This document shows, piece after piece, positions 17,425 to 25,287 of a DNA stretch of 27,883 bases. Every line of letters starts with the position of its first letter. Within the stretch, counting starts at the first letter, position 1. Under the pieces are notes generated by a model that was given only the letters and a program-made list of their open reading frames with translations, searched no databases and was not told the origin of the DNA. Source of the stretch: Verrucomicrobiales bacterium (GTDB lineage Bacteria; Verrucomicrobiota; Verrucomicrobiia; Verrucomicrobiales; Akkermansiaceae); NCBI GenBank assembly GCA_003483645.1, contig DMYM01000431.1, positions 1 to 27,883 on the forward strand, read 5' to 3'. The translations under genes and the position numbers were made by a program.

Positions 17425-17618
17425 GGATTACCGGAGGGCAGGCGTCCGCCGGATACCAACCGTCCCGGGCATGGTCACGGCGGGAATGAATCGTCATTGA
17501 ACAGACCGGGCAGGTCAGGGTCTGGAAACTGTTCACTGCTGGCGGCTCACTGAAACTGCCCTTCTCAGCTTTACACCTCTCCTTCCACGCTCGATACTGC
17601 AGAATCACCTTCGCGGAC

Positions 17619-19064
17619 ATGTCCCGACTTCCGCATTATCATCCCACCCGCCGCACCGTCCTGCAGGCGGGTTCCATCGGTCTCATGGGGCTGGGGATGA
17701 ACCACCTGGGGCTGATCCGCTCGCTGGCAGCCGCAGGGACCAGAACCAGCAGCGCCAGGGCCCGTAACGTCATCTACATCTTCCTCTCCGGTGGACTCGC
17801 CCAGCACGAGTCCTTCGACATGAAGCCGGAGGCGCCTCGCGAGATCCGTGGGGAGTTCAGTCCCATCAGGACCAGGACCCCGGGTCTCCATATCTGCGAG
17901 CACCTCCCCGAATTGGCCAGGCGCAGTGAGATGTGGTCGCTCTGCCGCTCTCTGACCCACCCCTCGAACGAACACTCGCAGGGCCATCACATCATGCTCA
18001 CCGGGCGTAGCGAAATACCGCCCAACTTCAGCCCCAGCAAGCCACAGGAGAGCGATTGGCCATCCCTCGCAGCCCTGGCAAACGAGCTGCTTCCCCGACG
18101 TGGCAACCTCCCTCCCGCGATTGTTCTCCCCGACAAGATCAAGCATCGCACCGGCCGCATCATTCCCGGGCAGTTTGCCGGTCAACTGGGTGCCAAGAAG
18201 GAGCCCTTCTGGATTGAAGCCTCCCGATTTGACCCGAACTCCTACGGCGCCTATCCGGACTACCTTTTCCACCACGCCCGGGGAAAAGAAGACGGCAGCA
18301 ACCACAGTTTCGATTCTCCCACCTTTTCGCTTCCGGAGGGGTTGGACTTCCGCCGCCTGCGCGATCGGGTGAGCCTCCTTGAAAATCTCAATCAGCAGAG
18401 CGTTCACCTTGAGAAGGCCGGCGAAACCCATCAACTCGACCGTTATCAGGAGATGGTGGCCAACCTCCTGTTGGATCCCACCGTCAAGGATGCCTTCGAT
18501 GTGCACTCCGCCGATCCCGCATTACAGGAACGCTATGGACGGAATTCCTTCGGCTGGTCTCTCCTTCTCGCCCGCCAACTGGTCGAGGCCGGGGTGCGCC
18601 TGGTACAGGTCAACCTCGGCAACAATGAAGCCTGGGACACTCACCAGGCCGCTTTCCCCAATCTCCGGAACTACCTCCTCCCCCCGATGGACCGTGCCGT
18701 CTCGGCCCTCCTTGACGACCTCGGCGAACGTGGACTGCTGGAGAACACCCTCGTGGTGATGGCCAGCGAGTTCGGGCGCACCCCGCGCATCTTCAAGATC
18801 CCCAAGGCCAAGCTCCCTGGCCGCGATCACTGGGGGGCGGTCCAGACCGTTTTCTTCGCCGGGGGCGGTGTAGAGGGCGGACGGGTAATCGGTTCCTCCG
18901 ACCAGAAGGGCGAATTCCCTGCCCGTGATCCCCAGAAGCCGGAAGATCTGGCCGCCACCATTTACGACGCCCTGGGCCTGCCCCCCAGCATCAGATGGCA
19001 CGACCCCGAGCAACGTCCGCACTTCCTGTATCACGGGAAACCCATGGCCGGGCTCTTCTCCTGA
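17619..19064 (+). CDS. DUF1501 domain-containing protein, second subtype (twin-arginine leader)
   Basis: TRRTVLQAGSIG leader; VIYIFLSGGLAQHESFDMKP, WDTH, SEFGRTP, GRDHWG, DLAATIYDALG. Confidence 0.95.
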   Translation: MSRLPHYHPTRRTVLQAGSIGLMGLGMNHLGLIRSLAAAGTRTSSARARNVIYIFLSGGLAQHESFDMKPEAPREIRGEFSPIRTRTPGLHICEHLPELARRSEMWSLCRSLTHPSNEHSQGHHIMLTGRSEIPPNFSPSKPQESDWPSLAALANELLPRRGNLPPAIVLPDKIKHRTGRIIPGQFAGQLGAKKEPFWIEASRFDPNSYGAYPDYLFHHARGKEDGSNHSFDSPTFSLPEGLDFRRLRDRVSLLENLNQQSVHLEKAGETHQLDRYQEMVANLLLDPTVKDAFDVHSADPALQERYGRNSFGWSLLLARQLVEAGVRLVQVNLGNNEAWDTHQAAFPNLRNYLLPPMDRAVSALLDDLGERGLLENTLVVMASEFGRTPRIFKIPKAKLPGRDHWGAVQTVFFAGGGVEGGRVIGSSDQKGEFPARDPQKPEDLAATIYDALGLPPSIRWHDPEQRPHFLYHGKPMAGLFS

Positions 19065-19118
19065 CCGGACCCGTCCGGAGCGCCTGATACCGATGTCCCT
19101 CCGCTCCAACCTGCCCCC

Positions 19119-19145
19119 GGTGACTGGATCCAGCCTCCAGTTACC
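19119..19145 (+). terminator. Hairpin between convergent genes, possible terminator
   Basis: GGTGACTGGA(19119-19128) pairs with TCCAGTTACC(19136-19145), a 10-bp stem with one G-U pair and a 7-nt loop, in the gap between the DUF1501 and DUF502 stops. There is no clear U-tract. Confidence 0.35.
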
Positions 19146-19147
19146 CC

Positions 19148-19807
19148 TTAACCGGGATCAGGAGAAATCTCCTTTTCCTCCTGCCCAGCGTCGGCATCCG
19201 GACCTTTACCAACCAGTTTCGACGATCCGATCCCGAACATGGTGAGCGCTTCCAGGGTGGCGTGCATGGAGGCCTGCAGGGGGTGGACTCGTTCGCGGGG
19301 AACCAACTGCACCTGTCCGATAGTGGCGGCCGGCACCGAGGGCAGGAAGACCGCCACTTTCCCGTCGGCCAACTTTTCGATTTCAAATCCAACCGCCCGC
19401 GAGTCGGAGCCGTAGAGATCCACCAGCACGGGACGAAACTGTCGTTCTTCCTCATGCCCGAGATACTGGTGAATCAGGGTCCGGACAATACTGTATCCCG
19501 GAATACGCTCGAGAAGAAAGCGCTCGATCCAGCCCCGCATCGCTGATCCCCACCGCGTCCTGACCGCAACCCCGGTGAAGTAGCAGAGCAGCACTACTGA
19601 CAACAGGGCCATGGCGATTACCGAGTAGCGCATGAAGACCGAGTCAAAGGGAAGCTTCTCCACCACGGGGAGCAGGAGCGACCTGAAGAGAGAGGTGATC
19701 TGCCAGAGAGAAAATCCGATAATTCCAACCGGGACTACCACCAGCACGGCACCCATCAGTGTTGTCTTAAGGAATCCGAGGGGCTTTCCTTCCTTGTCCG
19801 TAGCCAT
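19148..19807 (-). CDS. DUF502 domain-containing membrane protein
   Basis: FLKTTLMGAVLVVVPV, two hydrophobic helices, LERIPGYSIVRTL and VAVFLPSVPAATIGQV, which fit the DUF502 pattern. Confidence 0.8.
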   Translation of the reverse strand: MATDKEGKPLGFLKTTLMGAVLVVVPVGIIGFSLWQITSLFRSLLLPVVEKLPFDSVFMRYSVIAMALLSVVLLCYFTGVAVRTRWGSAMRGWIERFLLERIPGYSIVRTLIHQYLGHEEERQFRPVLVDLYGSDSRAVGFEIEKLADGKVAVFLPSVPAATIGQVQLVPRERVHPLQASMHATLEALTMFGIGSSKLVGKGPDADAGQEEKEISPDPG

Positions 19808-19874
19808 GACTCATTTCTGCACGAATCGACAAAAGTGTCGACGCTTTGGAGCGGATCCTCCCCTTAAAGCGGCT

Positions 19875-21950
19875 TCAACCTGCAGGAGGCAGTTTCTCCT
19901 CCGGTTTGTCATCCTCGGTCAGTTCCTCCCCCTCTGATCCGCCCTCCGTTCCTTCGTCCTGCGGCGGCTCATACCACTCGCCGCGCAGCCAATCGACGAT
20001 GAAGCCGATTTCCTGGTCACTGAGTTGAGCGGGGCGCTCAAGAGAGCCATCCTCCTTATACTTCGGACCAAAGATGGACATGCGCTCATTTCGCTTCCCG
20101 TAGAAACGCTTGTGGGAGGGATTCCTGATGAAGGAAATTTGCCACTCCCGGTTGCCATAGCCCGTCAGATCGATGCCCTTCTCTCCTTCTCCGTGGTAGA
20201 CATGACAGTCGGTGCATTCAATCGAAAGCAATTCGCGACCTTCCTCGATAAGATCGACATCAGCCGCATCGATTGCTCGCTGGGCCTTTAACTGGGCTTC
20301 GGCGGAAAGAGCCACCCCTATCGCGTGAACCTCTTCCGAAGGAAGAGCCCCAAAGCTGTCACCCTTGAGAAACTTCAACATCTTGCTGCCTTCGATAAGC
20401 TTGGTCGCACCCAGGAAATCGGGATGCGCGAAGGACTCCGCATTCAGAATCTTCCTGGACCACTCACGCCCCGCGAAGCCCTTCAAATCGGAAGCGCTCT
20501 GTTGATTCTTCCTCTGCTGATCCATCCCATCGTGTCCGCCGTAACCATGGCAGGAGGCGCAGTTCTTCGCGAAAAGCTTCGGGCCCTGGATAAGCGGGTC
20601 GTTGCGCAGCAGGCTGATCGCCCCCTCCGGCGGGATTCCGTCGGGCGACTTGGCCAGGACCCTGACCCGGTCGGCTTCACGATGGGCTACCGCCACCGCG
20701 GCCTGGTGCCCGGCACTCGTCCAGTCATGCGTAAAGGCCGCCAGCGTGTAATGCACGAAGCCTCCCAGCACTACCACGAGGAAGACGAGATTGAACATGT
20801 GCCCGACACGCTTGCGGCCAATGAAGGGCATGAGGAAGACAACCGTCGCCACGACGCCGGGAATGACGAAAGCCCCCGTGATCAGGTCGAAGTCCTTGAG
20901 CAGGGCAAAGAGGGCCATGAAATACCAGTCCGGGCGAGCTGCGGAATAGTTTTCCGACGGATCAGCGGGCGCGCTCAGCTCCGTCCCAACCTGACCCACA
21001 AAAAAGAGGACCCCACCCATCACCACCGCACAGGCAATGGCATCGCGCAGGACCTGGTCCGGCCAGAAATAGGCGTCACCGCGACGGGGGCGGACGTCGT
21101 CCTCTTCCTCCAGTCCCCTCTTGCGCACGTAGAGATAGAGCACCCGCAACAGGCAGAGAACCGTGATCACTCCGGGCACGATTCCCACCATCGGCCTGGA
21201 TTCCTCCGGAAAGGCCCTCCAGTTGATGCCAACCATCGTCATGGCAAAGCCCATCGTGAAGCACGACACCCACCAGAAGTGACGGGTGGAAGCAGCTGTC
21301 TTGTGTGCTGCGGGTGTGATCCCGTGCTTCCTGAAAAGGTAGATATGCAGAACAATGAGACCGATCAAAAGGGCCGGCAGCACCCCGGCATGCAGGGCAA
21401 AGAAACGGGTGAGGGTATGATGTCCCGCCTCGTTTCCGCCGATGAGAAGGGGCTTGAGGTAATCTCCGATGAGGGGCGTGTTCCCCACAATGTTGGTGGC
21501 TACCTCGGTAGCCCAGTATCCTTTCTGATCCCAGGGCAGAAGGTAGCCGGTGAGCCCGAGACCCATCGTCAATCCCAGGAGAGCGAGCCCAAACCAGAAG
21601 TTGAATTCTCGCGGGGCCTTGTAGGCTCCGTCCACCACCACCTGCACCAGGTGAAGAACCAACAGCACGATCATGAACTGTGCAGTCCAGTGATGGATCC
21701 CCCGTAGCCAGTCGCCGCCTTTCACGTTCTCCTGGAGATGATACACGCTCTCCCACGCCGAGTTCGCGCTCGGACTGTAGAACATCCAGAGCATGATCCC
21801 CGTAATGAACTCGACCAGGATGGCAAAGGTCAGGGTGCTCCCCCACACATAGCGCCAGCGCGCCCCGCCAGGAATATTCTCAAAGAGCGCCTCGCGGGTG
21901 AGTCGCCGGATGCCGGTACGGTTGTCGAGCCAGTTCAGCAAGGACTTCAT
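19875..21950 (-). CDS. qcrB: Cytochrome bc complex cytochrome b subunit (b6 + subunit IV-like regions) fused to a C-terminal diheme cytochrome c
   Basis: Heme b ligands H86/H100 and H187/H202; GYLLPWDQKGYWA; TLTRFFALH; Qo motif RPDWYF; two CxxCH motifs (CASCH at aa 464-468, CTDCH at aa 579-583). Confidence 0.93.
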   Translation of the reverse strand: MKSLLNWLDNRTGIRRLTREALFENIPGGARWRYVWGSTLTFAILVEFITGIMLWMFYSPSANSAWESVYHLQENVKGGDWLRGIHHWTAQFMIVLLVLHLVQVVVDGAYKAPREFNFWFGLALLGLTMGLGLTGYLLPWDQKGYWATEVATNIVGNTPLIGDYLKPLLIGGNEAGHHTLTRFFALHAGVLPALLIGLIVLHIYLFRKHGITPAAHKTAASTRHFWWVSCFTMGFAMTMVGINWRAFPEESRPMVGIVPGVITVLCLLRVLYLYVRKRGLEEEDDVRPRRGDAYFWPDQVLRDAIACAVVMGGVLFFVGQVGTELSAPADPSENYSAARPDWYFMALFALLKDFDLITGAFVIPGVVATVVFLMPFIGRKRVGHMFNLVFLVVVLGGFVHYTLAAFTHDWTSAGHQAAVAVAHREADRVRVLAKSPDGIPPEGAISLLRNDPLIQGPKLFAKNCASCHGYGGHDGMDQQRKNQQSASDLKGFAGREWSRKILNAESFAHPDFLGATKLIEGSKMLKFLKGDSFGALPSEEVHAIGVALSAEAQLKAQRAIDAADVDLIEEGRELLSIECTDCHVYHGEGEKGIDLTGYGNREWQISFIRNPSHKRFYGKRNERMSIFGPKYKEDGSLERPAQLSDQEIGFIVDWLRGEWYEPPQDEGTEGGSEGEELTEDDKPEEKLPPAG

Positions 21951-21978
21951 CGCGGCAGGGAATCAGGGGTTGCGCAGG

Positions 21979-22647
21979 TCATGAGACCGCCTTCTTTTCG
22001 GTGATGCCGGCCTTGAATTTCTGGAAGCGTACCCAGACTTCCCCCTTCTCCAGCTTCTCCTGGTCCACTTCCAGTTCATCGAGACCACGCTTGGCCTGAG
22101 TGTTATCAGGAGCCAGGCTGCCATCCGTCCGGAAGCTGCTCTCGTGACAGGGGCAGTAGTAATGTGCACCATGAGCACCTTCCCTGCGGTACTCCACTGC
22201 ACATCCGGCATGCGGGCAACTCGCACTGAAGACCACGACCTTCTTCTCCGCGAAACGCTGGGCATAGACCAGCCCCAGCGGAAGATCCTTGTAGGTGGTC
22301 CAGGCATCGGTCTTGTCCGCGATCACCTTGAAGGCCTGAGGAGGCCCACCCACTTCCAGGCTGTCCAGGGTTGTCAGACGCGCCACGATCCCGCCCGCCT
22401 TCCTGCTGAAGAGCGGACTGAGCACCACCCGCAGCCCTACCACGGTGGGCGCCGCCACGATCGCACCCCCGAGCGCGATACTTAAGAATTCCCGTCGTAG
22501 GGGACTTGCATCCACGGGGGACGCAGGTTCACCCGGATCCTCTCCTCCCTCTTTCAGCTTTTCTTGCGCCCCCCCATCCCGCACCCCGCGAAGTGCCTGA
22601 GACATCGGCACATCGGCAATATCGTCATCTGGATCGTTAATGGCCAT
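21979..22647 (-). CDS. qcrA: Rieske [2Fe-2S] subunit of the cytochrome bc complex
   Basis: Cluster boxes CPHAGC and CPCHESSF; twin-arginine anchor LRREFLSIALGG; 28 nt upstream of cytochrome b. The start could alternatively be the Met at aa 15. Confidence 0.92.
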   Translation of the reverse strand: MAINDPDDDIADVPMSQALRGVRDGGAQEKLKEGGEDPGEPASPVDASPLRREFLSIALGGAIVAAPTVVGLRVVLSPLFSRKAGGIVARLTTLDSLEVGGPPQAFKVIADKTDAWTTYKDLPLGLVYAQRFAEKKVVVFSASCPHAGCAVEYRREGAHGAHYYCPCHESSFRTDGSLAPDNTQAKRGLDELEVDQEKLEKGEVWVRFQKFKAGITEKKAVS

Positions 22648-22793
22648 CTTATGTTCCGAATGATACGGCCGGAACTCTACCGCGATGTCCCCTTCATCTC
22701 AAGGCAGCAGCGTGATCGTGCGAGCACAAATCCCAGTCCGAAGATCTTCCAATGCAGATTCTCTCCAATCGGAGATCTCAATCCTGAAATCCA

Positions 22794-24107
22794 TCAAACA
22801 CCCCACCCCCTCCGCGGTTCGCTCCTGATGAGCTGATCGGCTTCCGGGTTCCCCCTGGCTTTCAGGTTCTCCGCGTCCCACTCAATTTTCCTGCTACTAC
22901 GCAAGGCCACGTTACCCAGCAGGACCATCTCGGTAAGCGGAACCGAGTATTCGAAATTCGAAAGGCAGAGAGAGCCTCCCTTGCAGGCCTTTATCCACTC
23001 CTTATAGGGGTTGTCTCCCACCCGCGGGAAGACCGGATCGGGATCCTCATAATTCAACTCCTTACCCTCCGCCAGCACGCGGAAGCCATTCGGGTTCCAC
23101 TCACGGAAGGCGATGGTAGCCTTTGAACCGACGATGAGGCTGCCATTCTTCGGCAGACTCTTCTCCCCTATGATGTCAGGGCTCGGCTTCTTGCCTCCAT
23201 CGTACCAGGTCAGGCTCACCGGCGGCTTTTCACCCCGAGCGGGAAACTCATAACGAATCACGCTCCACTTCGGCGCGGTATCCTTGTTCACACCCGAGAC
23301 GTCGGCCATCACGCTGGTGGGCGCACCAAGGTCCAGGGCCCAGAAGGCGGCATCCATGTTGTGGCAACCCATGTCACCAAGCGCTCCCGTCCCGAAGTCC
23401 CAGAAACCGCGCCATTTGAAGGGATGGTAACCGTCGTGATAGGGGCGCTCCGGGGCGGCTCCCAGCCACAGATCCCAGTCGAGATACTCGGGCACCGGCT
23501 TGGAACCCTTGGGCCGATCCATCCCCTGCGGCCAGATCGGTCGGTCGGTCCACACGTGTGCCTCCTTCACCTCCCCGATGATTCCGGACCGCACCACTTC
23601 CACCAGCTTGCGCGTGCTGCTGTAGGAGTGCCCCTGGTTGCCCATCTGCGTGATGACTTTCTTTTCCCGGGACAGCTTCAGCATTTCACGGGCCTGCCAG
23701 ACACTGTGCGCGAGCGGCTTCTGCACGTAGACGTGCAACCCCAGCTGCATTGCCAGCATGCTGGCCGGGAAGTGATGATGATCCGGTGTACTGACCGTCA
23801 CCGCATCGAGCTTGTCGCCGACCTTCTCCAGCATCACACGGTAGTCGCTGAAGGTCTGCGCCTTGGGAAACCTCCCCTTCCGGGCGCGCAACGTCCGTTC
23901 ATCGACATCACAGAGCGCGACAATATTTTCGCTCATTACGCCCTCACTGTCCGCGGTTCCCTTGCCACCCGCACCAATCACACCGATATTAAGCTTTTCG
24001 TTTGGGGAAACCTTGCGCCCGAAGAGCGAACCGCTGGGCAGGATCAAGGGACCGACAACTGAAGCGGATGTTCCCAGAAATCGCCGACGAGACAGGTTGG
24101 CTTTCAT
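22794..24107 (-). CDS. Gfo/Idh/MocA family oxidoreductase, Tat-exported
   Basis: MKANLSRRRFLGTS Tat leader; Rossmann motif IGVIGAGGKG; VSTPDHHH, HVYVQKPL, QMGNQ, WRGFWDFGTGALGDMGCH. Start reassigned from 24248 to the ATG at 24107. Confidence 0.95.
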   Translation of the reverse strand: MKANLSRRRFLGTSASVVGPLILPSGSLFGRKVSPNEKLNIGVIGAGGKGTADSEGVMSENIVALCDVDERTLRARKGRFPKAQTFSDYRVMLEKVGDKLDAVTVSTPDHHHFPASMLAMQLGLHVYVQKPLAHSVWQAREMLKLSREKKVITQMGNQGHSYSSTRKLVEVVRSGIIGEVKEAHVWTDRPIWPQGMDRPKGSKPVPEYLDWDLWLGAAPERPYHDGYHPFKWRGFWDFGTGALGDMGCHNMDAAFWALDLGAPTSVMADVSGVNKDTAPKWSVIRYEFPARGEKPPVSLTWYDGGKKPSPDIIGEKSLPKNGSLIVGSKATIAFREWNPNGFRVLAEGKELNYEDPDPVFPRVGDNPYKEWIKACKGGSLCLSNFEYSVPLTEMVLLGNVALRSSRKIEWDAENLKARGNPEADQLIRSEPRRGWGV

Positions 24108-24114
24108 TGATGGT

Positions 24115-24145
24115 ATTCGATGAATTTCAGGGCTTGAGGTCAAGC
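24115..24145 (-). promoter_or_regulatory. Candidate sigma70-type promoter with a palindrome over the -35 box
   Basis: The minus strand reads TTGACC(24143-24138)-17 nt-TCGAAT(24120-24115)-7 nt-ATG. The palindrome GCTTGA-GG-TCAAGC spans 24132-24145. The -10 box is a weak match. Confidence 0.3.
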
Positions 24146-24251
24146 TGTTGGAGCATCGACTCCCGTCACATGAATCCGCTACGAGGCCAAGCCAGGGCCG
24201 AACAGAAGAATCCGTCTTACCATTGAGCGCCCGGTGGAGTCGCTCCAACTG

Positions 24252-25214
24252 CTACCGGGAAAGATTCTTGTCTCCCTCTTCCCCCATCCTGACCTCCAAC
24301 CCCTCGTTACCGCCCACCACGTAGTCACTCCGTGACTCCCGGGCCAGTGCTGCCATGGCACAGCCTCTTTTCAGGGCAAGATCCACCTCGTCCTCCAGAA
24401 GCGAGTAGAGCACACCGGCTGCAAAGGCATCCCCGGCCCCGATCGGGCTGACCACCTCGGACGGGAAGGCCCCGTGGTCACACAAATAGTCGTCCAGTAG
24501 GGCCCGGGCCCCAAGCGAACCCCGGGTGAGGATCACATTGGCAATTCCAAAGTCATTCTGGAGGCGGTGCAATTCGTCGTCGGGATCTCCCGTGCGTTCC
24601 CATACCGTCCCCAGGTCGTCCTGCCCGATGAAGAGCACGTCAATTCCGCTGATGATGGTGGAAAGAACCTCGCGGGCCCGGGCCGGCTCCCAGAGCTTGG
24701 CACGATAATTCACATCGAAGGAGACCCGCACCCCGGCCTTGCGTGCCAGCTGCACCGCTTCCAGCACGGTGTGCCGGCAGTCCTCCGAGAGGGCCGGGGT
24801 GATCCCGGTGGCATGAAAGAAGGTGCTTTGCTGCAGAGCAGCCAGGTCTACTTCCTGGATCTTGAACGATTCCACCGCCGCCCCGGCCCGGTCGTATGTG
24901 ACCATCGTCCGGTTCCCGCCAAGCCCGGCCTCCACCCACATCTGTTCGTTACGCCCACTCTCGCTCCAGAAGACGGAGGAGACATCCACGCCGTGGGCGC
25001 GAATTCCCGAGACGATGCGCTCCCCGAGGGATGTGCGTGCCACCTTGGAATGCCAGGCCACCCGCTTCCCTAGTCGCGCGAGCGCAATCGCGCAGTTGGA
25101 CTCCGCCCCCGCAATGTCGAGACGGATTCCCTCGCTTGAGAGGAGAGGGGCACCCGATTCGGTGGTGAGGCTCAACATCGTCGAACCGAGGGTGGTGAGA
25201 TCCCAGGTTTTCAT
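24252..25214 (-). CDS. PfkB family sugar kinase, 2-keto-3-deoxygluconate kinase-like
   Basis: AGAESNCAIALARLG, FHATGITPALS, SFDVNYRAKLW and anion-hole IGAGDAFAAG. Start reassigned to the ATG at 25214 (MKTWDL). Confidence 0.9.
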   Translation of the reverse strand: MKTWDLTTLGSTMLSLTTESGAPLLSSEGIRLDIAGAESNCAIALARLGKRVAWHSKVARTSLGERIVSGIRAHGVDVSSVFWSESGRNEQMWVEAGLGGNRTMVTYDRAGAAVESFKIQEVDLAALQQSTFFHATGITPALSEDCRHTVLEAVQLARKAGVRVSFDVNYRAKLWEPARAREVLSTIISGIDVLFIGQDDLGTVWERTGDPDDELHRLQNDFGIANVILTRGSLGARALLDDYLCDHGAFPSEVVSPIGAGDAFAAGVLYSLLEDEVDLALKRGCAMAALARESRSDYVVGGNEGLEVRMGEEGDKNLSR

Positions 25215-25287
25215 CTTATGCAAGAGACACACTACCCGGACCGTCCATTGTCGGATCCCGCCGGAGTGAAAGGGAAGGCGTCCGCAC

